From contig JASTWF010000033.1 in NCBI GenBank assembly GCA_030390025.1, positions 4,342,001 to 4,406,000 of the forward strand: DNA of 64,000 bases, given 5' to 3'. Numbering within the stretch: the first letter of the stretch is position 1; each line of letters starts with the position of its first letter. A program made the position numbers and the translations under genes. Below the pieces are notes generated by a model. That model saw only the letters and a program-made list of their open reading frames with translations. It did not search any database and was not told the origin of the DNA. This document shows positions 13,751-27,062 of the stretch, in pieces. The stretch is from Squalus acanthias (lineage: Eukaryota).

Positions 13751-14624
13751 GTCTACCTCTGTCTGGCTCTGTCTGTCTGAGTCTATTTATTTTTCTGCCT
13801 CTCTATCACTGTCTGTCGCTTCTTTCTATTATCTGTCTCTCTGTCCATGTCCGTCTGACTACCTCAGTCTGTCTCTCATTGACTGCCTGTTTCTGTCTCA
13901 TTTTTCTGTCTCTGTCACTTAGTTTGTCTCTGTCTGCCTCTATCTCTCTGCCTGTGTGACTAGCTCTGTCTCGCTGTCTCTGTCTGTCTGTCTTTGTCTG
14001 TTTCTCTGTCTCACTGTCTATGCCTCTTCATCTGTCTCTGTATATCTCTGTCTGTCGCTCTCTGTTTCTCTGGCTGTCTGTCTGTTTGTCTGTGTCTCTG
14101 TATTGGCCTCGCTCTCTGTCTCTCCATATCTATGTATCTCTCTGCCTCTGTCTGTCTGTATCACTGCCTGTGTCTCCGGATTTACATGTCTCTCTGTCCC
14201 CGTCGGTTTATCGGCATCTTTCTGATTGTCTGTCTAATTCTCCGTCAGTCTCATTCAGTCACGTCAACAGTCTTCTGCTATCTTTCTCTTCTGTCAGTCT
14301 CAGTCAGCCTCTGTCTGACATAGTCTGTCTATATCTCTTTGTCGGTCTCTTTTTGCGTGTGTTTCTCTGTCTTCCTGTCTGCCTCTGTCTGTCTGCCTCT
14401 GTCTGTCTGTCTCTCCGTCTATTTCTGAGTTTCTGCGGTTGTGCGTGCGTGTGTGTGTGTGTGTGTGTATGTATATGTGTGTGAGACAGACAGAGGCAGG
14501 CAGATGGAGAAAGACATAGAAACAGACAGACTGTGCCAGACAAACAGACAGAGACAGACACGCAGAAAGAGACTGACAGAGAGAAACAGATAGACTGTGC
14601 CTGACAGAGGCAGACTGAGAGAGG

Positions 14625-16200
14625 AAGTATTACGGGATTTAAGCTTTGAAAGTAGATAAATCCCTAGGTCCGGATGAAATGTATCCTAGGTTATTAAGAG
14701 CAGCAAAATAGGAAATAGCAGAGGCTTTTACCATCATTTTCTAATCCTATCTGGCTACAGGTGTGGTGCCGGAGAACTGGAGGACTGCCTTTGTTTAAAA
14801 AGGGAGAAAGGGATAGACCGAGTAATTACAGCCCAGTCAGTCTAACCTGGGTGGTGGGAAAATTATTGAAAAATGTGCTGAGGGACAGGATAAATCTTCA
14901 TTCAGAAAGACACGGATTAATCAAGGATAGTCAGCACGGATTTGTTAAGGGAAGATCGTCTCTGATTAACTTGATTGGATTTTTTGAGTAGGTGACAAGG
15001 AGGGTCGATGAGGGTAGTGCGTTTGCTGCAGTGTATATGGATTTTAGCAAGGCTTTTGATAAGGTCCCACATGGCAGACTGGTCACGAAAGTATAAGCCC
15101 ATGGGGTCCACGGGAAAGTGTCAAGTTAAATTCAAAACTGGCTCGGAGACAGGAAGCAGAGGGTAACTGGTTAATGGGTGTTTTTGTGACTGGAAGGCTG
15201 TTTCCATTCAGGTTCCGCAGGGCTCAATACTAGGTCCCTTGCTTTTCGTGGTATATATCAATCATCTATACTTGAATATAGGAGATATGATTAAGAAGTG
15301 TGCAGATGATACTAAAATCAGCTGTGTGGCTAACACTGCAGAAGGAAGCTGTAGACTGCAGGAAGATATTAATAAAATGGTCAGGTGGGCGGAACAGTGG
15401 CAAATGGTATTCAATCGGGAGAAGTGTGAGGTAATGCATTTGGGGAGGGCTAACACGGCAAGGGAATACACATTAAATGGCAGGACACTGAAAAGTGTAG
15501 AGGAATAAAGGGATCTGGGAGTGCATGTCCAAAGATCCGTAAAGATAGCAGTCCAGGTAGATAAGGTGTTTAAGAAGGCATACGGAATGTTTGCCTTTAT
15601 TAGCCGTGGCATAGAATACAAGATCAGGGTTGTTATGCTTCAACTGTATCAAACACTAGTTAGGCCTCAGCTAGAGTACTGCGTGCAGTTCTGGTCACCA
15701 CAGTGTAGGAAATATATGATTGCACTAGAGAGGGTACGGAGGAGATTTACAAGGATGTTGCCGGGAGTAGAGAATCTTAGCTGTGAGGAAAGACTAGAAA
15801 AGGTAGGATTCGTTTTCCTTGGAGCAGAGGAGGCTGAGGGGAGAACTTATTGAGGTGTATAAAATTATGAGGGGCCTAGATAGAGTGGACAGGAAGGGTC
15901 TATTTCCCTCAGCAGAGGGTTCAAAAACCAGGGTGCACAGATTTAAAGTAATTGGTGTAAGGTTTAGAGGCGATTTCAAGGGGAAATGTCTTCAGCCACA
16001 GGATTGTGAGTGTCTGGAACTCACTGCCTGAAAGGATGTTAGAGGCAGGAACCCTCATCACATTTAAAAAGTGCTTGGATGTACACTTGAAGTGCCGTAA
16101 TCAACAGGGCTACGGAGCAACCGCTAGAAAGTGGAATTAGGCTGGATAGCTCTTTTTCGGCAGGCGCGGACAGGAGGGGCCGAAATGTAAATTTCTATGA
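14625..16200 (+). mobile_element. CR1 LINE fragment (degraded RT)
   Basis: FKKGERDRPSNY, QHGFVKGRS, ADDTK, RPQLEYCVQFWSP. Confidence 0.93.
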
Positions 16201-17742
16201 TTATATTTCTATGATGCTATGTATGTGTGTCCCTGTGTGTCTCTCTGTGTCTGAATTTGTTGTTCAGTTTCTGTCTGTCTCTGTCAGTCTTTCACTCTCC
16301 GCCTGTACTCTGCCTGTCTGAGTCTGTCTGTCTCAGTTCATCTGTCTCTCTCTGTATGTCTATTTCCATCTGTCTGCCTCTCTCTGTTTCTGTCTCTCCC
16401 TCTCTGTCTGGCCCTGTTGGTCTATCTGTCTCCCTCTGTCTGTCCTTGTTGCTCTCTCTCTGTCTCAGTCTGGCTGTGTCCCTATCTGTCTGTGTCTCTA
16501 TCTGTCTCTTTGTCTGACCATATATTTATGTCTGTCTGTTGGACTCTCTCTGTCCATCTGTGTTTCTTTCTCTGTCTATCTGTCTCATTCTGTCTATGTG
16601 TCTGTGTCTCTGTCTGTCCCTCTCTCTCTGTCAGTTTCTATCGCTGTCTCTGTCTCTGTCCGTCTGTGTCCCTGTCTATGTCATTCTTCTCTATCTGCCT
16701 GTTTCCTTCTCTGCCTACCTCTTTCTGTTTCTTTGTCTCTCTGTTTGTCTGTCTATAACTCTCTGTTTTTCTGTCTGTATCTGTCTGCCTCTCTATTTGT
16801 GTCTCTCTGATTGTCTCTCTGTTTCTCTCTGTCTGTCTTTATCTTTTCTCGTATGTCTCTGTCTCTCTCTGTCTCTCTCTCTCTCTGGTTCTCTCCATTT
16901 GTTGTCTCTGTCTGTCTGACTCTGTCCCTGCCTATCTCCCTGTCTCTGCATATCTCTCCCTGGCTGTCTGTCCATGTCTGTGTGTCTGTTTCTGTTAATC
17001 TGCAACGGTACGTCTGTGTCTCTGTCTGTCTATCTCCCCCTGTCTTTCTCCCCCTGTCCCTCTCTATGTTGCTCTTTCTGTCTTTGTGACTCTATCTGTT
17101 TGTCTCTGTTGCTGCCTGTCTGTCCCCGTCTGTCTATTTCCCTGTCTTAATTTATGTCTGTCGCCTGTCGGTATCTGTCTGTCAGTCTGTCCATCTGAAT
17201 CTGTGTCTCTGTCTGTGTCTGTGTGTTTGTTTCTCTGTCTATGTTTGTCTGTCTCTGTCTCTATGTCGAGCTGACTTTCTCTGTCCCTCTCTCTGGCTCT
17301 GACTGTCTTTGTCTTTCACTCTGTCAGTTTCTGTCGCTGTATTTGTCTGCTGTCTGCCTGCCTCAGTCTGTCTGTCTGTGACTGTCTCTATTTCTGTTTG
17401 TCTCTGTCTCCCTCTCTCCGGCTCTGTCTATCTTTGTCTCTCTCTCTCTCTCACTTTCTGTGTCAGTTTATGTTGCTGAATGTGTCGCTGTCCGTCTGTG
17501 TGTCTCTCTCTCTTTGTCTGTCTGTCTGATTCTCTGTGTCTACCCCTGTCTGTCTCTGTCTGTCGGATTCTATTTCTCTTTCTGCTTCTCTATCTCTGTA
17601 TTTCTGTGTCTCTGTCTGCCGGTCTCTCAGTATGTATCTGTCTCTCTGGCTATATCCGTCTGAGTATCTCAGTCTGTCTGTCACTGCCAGTCTGTCTCTG
17701 TCTCTTTGTTTGGATCTGTCTGTCTCTAACTCTCTGCCTGTC

Positions 17743-20310
17743 TTTTTTAACTCGTTTCTGGGATGTGGGCGTCGCTGGCAAGGCCAGCATTTATTGCCCA
17801 TCCCTAATTGCACTTGAGAAGGTGGTGCTGAGCCACCTTCTTGAACCGCTTCAGTCCGTGTGGTGAAAGTATTCCCGCAGTGCTGTTACGGAGTGAGTTT
17901 CACCCAGCGACGATGAAGGATCTGCGATATACTTCTAAGTCAGGATGGTTTGTTAATTGGAAGAGCTCTTGGAGTTGCTCGTGTTACCATGCGTCTGCTG
18001 CCCTTGCCCTTCAAGTTGGAAGAGTTCACGGGTTTGCGAGGTGCTGCCAAAGACACCTTGGCGAGTTGCTGCAGTGCATCTTGTAGATGGTACACACTGT
18101 AGCTACGGTACGCCGGTGGTGGAGGGAGTGAATGTTTGAAGTGGTGGATGGGGTGTCATTAATGCGGCTGCTTTGTCCTGGATGGGGTCGAGCTTCTTGA
18201 GTGTTGTTGGAGCTGCACTCATCCAGGCAAGTGGAGAGTATTCTATCACACTCCTTACTTGTGCCTTAAAGATGGTGGAAAGGATTAGGGGAGTCAGAAT
18301 GTGACCCACTCGCCGCAGAATACCTAGCCTCTGACCTGCTCTTGTTGCCACAGTATTTATGTGGTTGGTCCAGTTAAGTTTCTGGTCAATTGTGAATCCC
18401 CAGGATGTTAATGCTGGTGGATTCGGCGATGGTAATGCCGTTGAATGTCAAGGGACGTAGGTTAGACTCTCGCCTGTTGGAGATAATCATTGCCCTGCTC
18501 TTCTGTGGCGCGAATATTGCCTGCCACTTATCAGCCCAAGCTTGAATGTCGTCCAGGTCTTGCTGAATTCTGGCATGGACTGCCTCATTATCCCTAGGGG
18601 CTGAGAATGGAACTGAACACTGTGAAATAATCAGTAAACATCCCCAATTCTGACCTTATGGTGGAGGGAAGTTCATTGATGAAGCAGCTGAAGGTGGTTG
18701 GGCCTAGGACACTATCCTGAGGAACTCCTGCAGCGATGTCCTGTGCCTGAAATGATTGACCTCCATCAACCACAACCATCTTCCTTTGTGCTAGTTATGG
18801 CTCCAGCCAGTGGAGTGTTTTCCCCTTGATTCCCATTAACTTCAATTTTGATAGGGCTCCTTGATGCCACACTCGGTCAAATTCTGTCTCTCTCACCTCA
18901 CCTCTGGTATTAAGCTCTTTCGTCTATGTTTGGACCAAGGCTGTAATGAGTTCTGGAGCCGAGTGGTCCTGGCGGATCCTGAACTGATCATTGGTGAGCA
19001 TCTTATTGCTGTGTAAGTGCTGCTTGATAGCACTGTCGATGATACCTTCCATCACTTTGCTGATGATTGAGAATAGACTGATGGGGTGGTAATTGATCAC
19101 ATTGGATTTGTCCTGCTTTTTATGGATATGACATATTTGGCAGGTTTCCACATTGTCGGATAGATGCCAGTTTTGTTGCTGTCCTGGATCAGCTAGGCTA
19201 GAGTCCCGGCTAATTCTGGAGCACAACTCTTCAGCACGACAGCCGGGATGTTGTCAGGGCCCATAGCCTTTGCTGTATCCAGTGCGCTAAGCCTTTTCTT
19301 GTTATCACGTGAAGTGAATCGAATTGGCTGAAGACTGGCTTCTGTGATGGTGGGAACTCAGAAGGATCCTCCACTTTGGCACTTCCGATTGAAGATGTTT
19401 GTAAACGCTTCAGACTTGTCTTTTGCATTCATTGAGGATGGGGATATTCCTGGAGCCTCCTCCTCCCATTACATAAGAACATAAGAACATAAGAAATAGG
19501 AGCAGGAGTAGGCCAATCGGCCCCTCGAGCCTGCTCCGCCATTCAATAAGATCATTGTGATCTGATCCTAACCGCCGATCTACTATCTACTATCACAGAA
19601 CCATCTCCTGCATCTAACAGAATTGCACACACGAAATAGGAGCAGAATCAGGCTACACTGTCCCTGGGTCCGCTCCACTACCCACAGGGCCATGACCGGA
19701 TCCGAACCTAGACTCATGTCCAAATTCCTGCCCGCTCCCTGTAACCCTTAATGCCCTTTACTTCTAGGAAACTGTCTATTTCTGTTTTAAATTTATTTAA
19801 TGATGTAGCTTCTACAGCTTTTTGTGGCAGCATATTCCATGGACCTACCACCCTCTGAGTGAAGTAATTCCTCCTCATCTCAGTTTTGAAAGAGCAGCCC
19901 CTTATTCTAAGACTATGTCCCCTAGTTCTAGTCTCACCCGTCATCGGGAACATCCTCCCCGCATCCACCCGATCCAACTCCTTCACAATCTTATATGTTT
20001 CAATAAGATCGCCTCTCATTCTTCTGAACTCCAATGAGTAGAGTCCCAATCTACACAACCTCTCCTCATATGACCAACCCCTCATCCCCGGTATTAACCG
20101 AGTGAACCTTTTTTGCACTGCCTCGAGAGCAAGGATGTCTTTCCTTAAGTAAGGACAGCAAAACTGTATGCAGTATTCCAGGTATTAGTTGTTTAATGGT
20201 CCACCAGCATTCACGACTGGATGTGGCTGGAATGCAGAGCTTTGTTCTGATGCGTTGATTGTGGGACCGCTTAGCCCTGTCTATAGCAAGCTGCTTCCGC
20301 TGTTCAGCAT
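17743..20310 (-). mobile_element. CR1-group LINE of a distinct family (17743-~19465 and ~20185-20310), interrupted by a CR1
   Basis: YHPISLFSIISKVME, GVPQDSVLGP, RAGQRLGILRR, KAQVRSVIEYSPLAW; 3' end shared with the SINE at 29055. Confidence 0.85.
19470..20183 (-). mobile_element. CR1 LINE 3' fragment
   Basis: QKRFTRLIPGM...LGLYSLEFRRMRGDLIE; (ATAAGAAC)n tail. Confidence 0.93.
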
Positions 20311-20311
20311 T

Positions 20312-21790
20312 TTTGCTCCTCCATATCTTTCCCACTAGTTGGTGGCCTATAAAATACACCTAGTCGTGTAATGGCACCTCTATTATTTATTACATCTAAC
20401 CAAATAGGTTCTGTCCTTGATCCCTCCAGGACATCCTCTCTCTCCAGCACTGTAACATTCTACTGAATCAATACTACCACAACTCCTCCTTTCTTTCCTT
20501 CCCTTACTTTCCTGAACACCTTCTCCCCAGGAATAATTAGTACCCAATCCTGCCCTTTTTTGAGCCAGTTCTTCGTTATCACCACGACATCATATTTCCA
20601 TGTGTCTATTTGCGCCTGCAGCTCAACAACCCAATTAACCACACTTCATGCATTTACCCACATGCACTGCAAACCTGTATTGTATTCTCTTAGTCTGACC
20701 CCACATAATACCTTATTATTTATGACCCTTGTGCTATCCGTGTCTCCCAATTCTTTGTGCACCTTGTTTCTCCTTTCTGAAGCTACAGCCTGGTGCCCAC
20801 CCACTGCCAAATTAGTTTAAAACCACCTCAACACTACGACCAACCCACCCCGTCCCCGGCAAGGCCATTGGTTGTGGCCCTGTTCATGTGCAACCTGTCT
20901 GGCCTGTACAGGTCCCACCTCCCCGAGAACCAGTCCCAATGTCCCAGGAATCTAAAGCCCTCCCTCTTGTCGCATCTCTCCAGCCACACATTCATCTGCT
21001 CTATCCTCCTATTTCTATACTCACCAGCACAGGCACCGGGAGTAATTGGAAGATTACTACCTTTGAGGTCCTGATTTTAATCTCTTTCCTAGCTCCCTAA
21101 ATTCTGCCTTTAAGTCTTCATCCCTCTTTCGACATATGTCATTGGTACCGATATTGACCATGACCTCTGGCTGTTTAACCTCCCCCCTCAGAATGTTCTT
21201 CAGCCGCTCAGTTCATTCTTAACCCTGGCATCCGGGAGGCAACATCCTATCCTGGATTTACGTAAGCGGACGCAGAAACACGTGTCTATTCCCCTAACTA
21301 TTGAATCCCCTATCACTATTGCTTTCCTGATCTTTCTCCTCGCCAATCCTGAAACACACTGTACAGCTGATCCACCCGTGGTGCTCTGGACTTGGCTCTG
21401 GCTGTACTCGCCACATGAACCATCTTCCTCTCCAGTATTTAGAAATGAATACCGGTTAGAGAGTGAGATGCACTCAGGGGACTCCTGCACTACCTGCCTG
21501 TTCCTCCGTGTCTGTCTGGCGGTCAGCCATTCCCTCTCTGCCTGCACATTCTTAAGCTGCGGGGTGACCACCTCCTGAAACGTGCTATCCACGTAGCTCT
21601 CAGCCTCACGGATGCACCGCAGTGACGTCAGTTGCTGCTCATGCTCCGAAACCCGGAGTTCGAGCTACTCCAGCTGACGACACCTCCTGCACATGTGGTT
21701 GTCCAGGACACGGGAAGAGTACTGGAGATCCCACATGGCACAAGATGTGCATTCCACGGGAATGAGGTGCCCCGCCCTGCCTTTATTTAA
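20312..21790 (-). mobile_element. 5' part of a CR1 LINE: ORF1 (zinc finger plus SGNH/esterase-like) and start of the APE endonuclease
   Basis: CTSCAMW...HMCRRC, LSNRY, KAIVIGDSIVRG; YDVVVITKNWL...GKKGGVVV. Confidence 0.85.
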
Positions 21791-22004
21791 TAGACCATTA
21801 CTAACTTAACAGAAATAAACTCAAGACGTTTAAATATATATTTAGAATTCGCATTGTTAAACTGTTCAAATAATCTGCACAATCAGTTCTTGTTAGCCTG
21901 GTAACGACCTCTTGGTGTCTGGCAAGTGAGATCCCATGCACTGTGATTTTGTGGGAACACGAGATTACAGGACTTTGGAACAGAGAGGCGGTGGGCGGGT
22001 CTGG

Positions 22005-23182
22005 CTATTAGTTTGAGGATCTGTAATATTTTGAGGGTGTTGTATCACTTTGAGGTACTCTATTAGTTTGAGGGGGTGTATTATGTTGAGGTACTGTATT
22101 AGTTTCGGGGGCTGTATTGGTTTGAGGGGATGTAATACTTTGATGTTCTGTATTAGTTTGAGGTACTGTATTTTTTGTGGGTGTGTATAACTTTGAGGGG
22201 CTGTATTAGGTTGAGGTACTGTATTTTTTGAGGGTGTGTATTAGTTTGAGGTATATTAGTTTGAGGTATTGCATTAGTTTGAGGTATTGCATTAGTTTGA
22301 GGTACTCTATTAGTTTGAGGGGCTGTATTAGTTTGAGGTACTCTATTAGTTTGAGTTACTCTATTAGTTTGAGGTACTGCATTAGTTTAAGGTGCTGTAT
22401 TAGTTTGAGGGGCTGTATTAGTTTGAGGTACTTTACTAGTTTGAGGGGCTGTATTAGTTTGAGGTACTTTATTAGCTTGAGGAGCTGTATTAGTTTGAGG
22501 GGCTGTATTAGTTTGAGGGGCTGTATTAGTTTGAGGTGCTGTATTAGTTTGAGGTACTTTATTAGTTTGAGGGGCCGTATTAGTTTGAGTTACTGTATTA
22601 GTTTGAGGAGCTGTACTAGTTTTAGGGGCTGTACTAGTTTGAGGGGCTATATTAGTTTCGGGGGCTGTATTAGTTTGAGGGGATGTAATACTTTGATGTT
22701 CTGTATTAGTTTGAGGTACTGTATTAGTTTGAGGGACTGTATTAGTTTGATGGGGTGTATTAGTTTGAGCGGCTGTATTAGTTTGAGGTACTGTATTAGT
22801 TTGAGGTACTTTATTAGCTTGAGGGGCTCTATTAGTGTGAGCGGCTGTATTAGTTTGAGGTACTGTATTAATTTGAGGTACTTTATTAGCTTGAGGGGCT
22901 GTATTAGTTTGACGTGGTGTATTAGTTTGAGCGGCTGTATTAGTTTGAGGTACTTTATTAGCTTGAGGGGCTGTATTAGTTTGAGGTACTTTATTAGCTT
23001 GAGGGCTGTATTAGTTTGAGGGGCTGTATTAGTTTGAGGGGCTGTATTAGTTTTAGGGGCTGTACTAGTTTTAGGGGCTGTACTAGTTTGAGGGGCTGTA
23101 TTAGTTTGAGGGGCTGTATTAGTTTGAGGGGCTGTATTAGTTTGAGGGGCTGTACTAGTTTGAGGGGCTGTATTAGTTTGAG
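22005..23182. repeat. 18-bp minisatellite (TTAGTTTGAGGGGCTGTA / TTAGTTTGAGGTACTGTA)
   Basis: Direct periodicity, 6-aa periodic pseudo-ORFs. Confidence 0.95.
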
Positions 23183-23610
23183 TATCCATCGACACAAATT
23201 CCTCACTTTAATTGTTTAAATAAATGGCCACAGTTAAGGCGGACAGCCCCATCCCAGTGTGCAGCAGAGCAGCCCTGAGAGCACATCCTAACATTTGGAA
23301 TTTAGTTACTGAATGGCCACAGCGGAGTGAAAGACATCACCGAAACAATGTGAGATCCAGAGATGGGCCTGGTGGTGTTTGAAACAACAACCCAATTCCT
23401 GGGAGAATACAGCTGGCAATTGTCATTAGTTAATTCATGTGATCAGAAATGTCCGATCTTTGGGGTTTTCAATTTCAATCTCAGCACTAAATATATTCCA
23501 TCACAGCAGGGAATTAACTCGGCTGTCGTCATCTGTTTTTAAAATGTTTTTTTTAAATAGTATTTTCAGCGATGTTGCTACCTCACTGTCCTCGTGGAGA
23601 TCCCACAGGG

Positions 23611-23620
23611 TATATATGAA
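23611..23620 (+). promoter_or_regulatory. Candidate TATA box of the GPCR gene
   Basis: TATATATGAA ~90 bp upstream of the ATG at 23703. Confidence 0.45.
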
Positions 23621-24079
23621 AGGCTCTGGGAATGTCGCGCCTCAGAGTTTAATTCAGAGAGATTGCCTGCATCACGAAGGGACACATAGCTTCACACAGA
23701 AAATGCATCGACCAATTCAACATATGGAGAAAATATGCTACATGATCATTGCCGTCATTGGTGTTCCTGGTAAGTGATTATAACCATTGAATTGTGTAAA
23801 TCTGATTGTGAGCTGGTCTCTGGTCTGGCTCTGTGACTGATAATGTTACATCCTGATCTATTAGTCACCGTTACACAGACACCCGATCAGTGATAACATT
23901 TCGGTTAGTGTAATGTCGTGAATTACTTCTGAAGTTTTATTCCATTGCCTCAACTGAAAGTAAAATTCTGTTTGTAACTCACGGGCTCGCTGATTTATGA
24001 AGTTATTGCTTTTAGTGAAATATTGTGTACTTTTGAATCAGACCTCAGCAAAATCAAACCTGTGAGAGTAGGTATTAGT

Positions 24080-24640
24080 GGAAGGGACTGTCACTGTAGA
24101 AAGACTGAGTGTGGGTGACCAACTGGGGTGGAACACCTCATCCCAGTGGCCATGAATTACTGGGATTGCCTGTCTTGTAGAACTGTACTGAGTGTGGGTC
24201 AGTAACAGCAGTGCAACAACTGACCCCAGTGGCCATGTATTACTATGAGTGGCTGTCACTGTAGACCTGTACTGAGTGTGGGTCACTAACTGGAGAGCAA
24301 CAACTGACCCCAGTGACCATGTATTACTGGGAGTACCTGTCACTGTAGAATTGTACTGAGTGTGGGTCACTAACCGGAGTGGAACACCTGACCCCAGTGG
24401 CCATGTATTACTGGGAGTATCTGTCACTGTAGAATTGTACTGAGTGTGGGTCACTAACCGGAGTGGAACACCTGACCCCAGTAGCCATGTATTACTGGGA
24501 GTATCTGTCACTGTAGAAATGTACTGAGTGTGGGTCACCCACTGCAGTGGAACACCTGACCCCAGTGGCCATGTATTACTGGGAGTATCTGTCACTGTAG
24601 AATTGTACTGAGTGTGGGTCACTAACAGGAGTGGAACACA
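24080..24640. repeat. 84-bp tandem repeat, ~6-7 copies, in the GPCR intron
   Basis: Unit GTATTACTGGGAGTATCTGTCACTGTAGAATTGTACTGAGTGTGGGTCACTAACCGGAGTGGAACACCTGACCCCAGTGGCCAT. Confidence 0.92.
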
Positions 24641-24779
24641 TCGGTTCGAATTTGAAATTATTATTTGAGATAATTGATATCTCCCCTTCATGGAGCTGCA
24701 TTCGTGTTTTCTCAATATAACCAACGGCAAAGGGGAAGATTTTTGCTGTTGGTTGAAAACGTTTGGTTATAAGCATATG

Positions 24780-25272
24780 AGGCGCTGCAGCGAAGGTTCA
24801 CCACATTGATTCCTGGGATGTGAGGGCTGTCCTATGATGAGAGATTGTGTAGAATGGGCCTATACTCTCCGCAGTTTAGAAGAATGAGAGGTGATCTCAT
24901 TGAAACATAGAAGATTCTGAAGGGAAAAGCCAGGGTTAGATTCTGAGAGGTTCTTTCTCCTAGCTGAAGTCTCTAGAACTGGGGGGGCATAGTCTCAGAA
25001 TAAGGGGAAGTCAATTTAAGACTGAGATCAGAAGGATATTCTTCACTCAGAGGGTTGTGAATCTTTGGAATTCTCTGCCCCAGAGGCCTGTGAAAGTATA
25101 TTCAAGACTGAGATATGTAGATTTTTGGACTCTAGCGGAACCAAGGGATATAGAGATCGGGCAGGAAAGGGCTATTTAGGTCGATGATCAGCCATGATCT
25201 TATTGATTGGTGGAGCTGGTTCGAGGGGCCGTATGGCCTACTCCTGCTCCTATTTCTTATGTTCTTATGTTC
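24780..25272 (+). mobile_element. CR1 3' fragment
   Basis: GAAGAATGAGAGGTGATCTCATTGAA; tail GGCCTACTCCTGCTCC(TTCTTATG)n. Confidence 0.85.
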
Positions 25273-25837
25273 ATATATAAGGTGAAATTTATTGATAATG
25301 CTTTGTTTCCTACTGAACTGCACCAACAGAAACAGATCTTAACTAATTACTGACAACTAAACAGCAGGAGCGCAGTGTTACAATATTCAAATCCTCTTGT
25401 ATAATGATGTATTCTTACTTTATGTATCGTTATCGTAAACAATTTAATTGTTTTGGTGCTGATTTATCCCCTTCCCGCAACACGGCCCTGAGAATCTCTG
25501 GGGCATGAGTGCTGAATTTCATTATGTTACCGTTAGACGGATGAATATTGGGCTGTGGTCATTGATTATTCCACTGCTGTAACTGATTAAGGTTTGAAGA
25601 ACCAGTTCTTATCTCTGATTCAGAGTCTCTACCTGCGAGGAGGGACACGTATAACTGATAGAACACGCATATCAGGTTTTCATAATACAGAGATCAGTCC
25701 CGGGGGCAGTAAATAATAGCATCAATGCATCGATAATGATCAAATAAATAGTGCAATGCTTCAATAACTAACACACTTCAATGATTAAATGAACAGATGA
25801 ATGTGATTAGTTTGTTCAAGTTACGGAGAACTCCTTA

Positions 25838-27062
25838 GAATTTACAGCACAAAACAGGCCATTCGGCCACACTAGGTTATGCCAGTGTTTATGCTCCACA
25901 GGAGCCTCCTCCCACCCCTCTTAATCTCACCCGATCAGCATAACCTTCTACTGATTTCCATCTCGTGTACTTCTCTAGCTTACCCTTAAATGCATCTCTG
26001 CTATTCGCGTCAAGTACTCCAAGTTGTAGCGAGTTCCACATTCTAACCAATCTCTGAGTAAAGAAATTTCGCCTCAATTCCGTGTTGGATTTATTCGTGA
26101 CTCTCTTTTATCGATAATCTCCAATTTTGCCCTCACGTCTCAAGTATAAACATCTACCCTATGTTACCACTTCAAAATGTAAAGGCCTCTATTCGGCCAC
26201 CCCTCTGCCTTCGCTTTTGTAAAGAAAGGAGACCCAGCCTGTTCAATCATTCCTGATGGTTATAATGTCTCAGTTCTGGTGTCATCCTTGTAAAAAAATT
26301 GCACTTTCTCCTGTGTCTTAATATCCTTTATGTAATATGGAGATCAGAACTGAACACAAAACTCTCAGTGTGGTATAACCAAGGTTCGATATAAGTTTAA
26401 GCTAACCACCTTGCTTTACGATTCTATTCCTCTAGAAATGAACCCCGGTGCTTTGTTTCTATGTTTATTGCCTTGTTAACATGCGTTGCTACTTTAAATG
26501 ATGTATTAATCGGTACCCCTCTACCACATTCCCGCTCTGATTTTCCAAGGAGTATTTGGGAACATTTTTCTTCCTACCAAAATGCTATACCTCTCACTCA
26601 GCTATATTGAAATTAATTTTCCATTTAAACGCCCTTTCTGCAAGTGTATTAATGTCTTCAGGTATTGTGTTGCATTCTTCCTCTGCATGAACTCTATTCC
26701 CAATCTGGATTCATCTGCAAATTTTGAATTTGTGCTTCTGCTTCCTGAATCAATATCGTTTGTGTAAATGATGAACAACAGTGGTCCCAACGCCGACCCT
26801 TGTGGAACATCACTTCTCACCATCCAACTAGATGAGTAAATAGCTTTATCCACTACTCCCTATTTTCTGTTCTTGCAGCCATCTTGCTATCCATTCTGCT
26901 GCTTGTCTCCTAACTCCACTTGCTCTGTGATTCAGTCTGCTATGTGGTACCTTATCGAATGGCTTTAAAAAATCAAAGCATATTACATCTATTACATTAA
27001 CCTTACCTAATCTTTCTGGCACGTATTCAAAGAATTCACTAAGGTTACTCAAGCAAGACATT
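25838..27062 (-). mobile_element. Old CR1 fragments
   Basis: RRNFFTQRLVRMWNSL, VPQGSALGPLLF, DFLKPFDKVPH. Confidence 0.8.

Larger units (their letters stand above)
8098..17742. repeat. Degenerate (TCTG/TC)n pyrimidine-rich array, interrupted by SINE, RTE and CR1 insertions
   Basis: Strong C/T skew; Ser/Leu/Val/Cys pseudo-ORFs; recurring longer blocks. Confidence 0.9.

Noticed and set aside
8176..17866. Long Ser/Leu/Val/Cys ORFs (up to 368 aa) and Arg/Gln/Thr/Asp antisense ORFs
   Set aside because: Low-complexity CT tract lacks stop codons by composition
22228..23219. CISLRG-repeat ORFs; CRISPR-like appearance
   Set aside because: Contiguous 18-bp minisatellite with no unique spacers or cas genes; eukaryotic context
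24038..24730. 230-aa mucin-like ORF on the minus strand
   Set aside because: Product of an 84-bp tandem repeat (multiple of 3) in an intron; no splice or signal support
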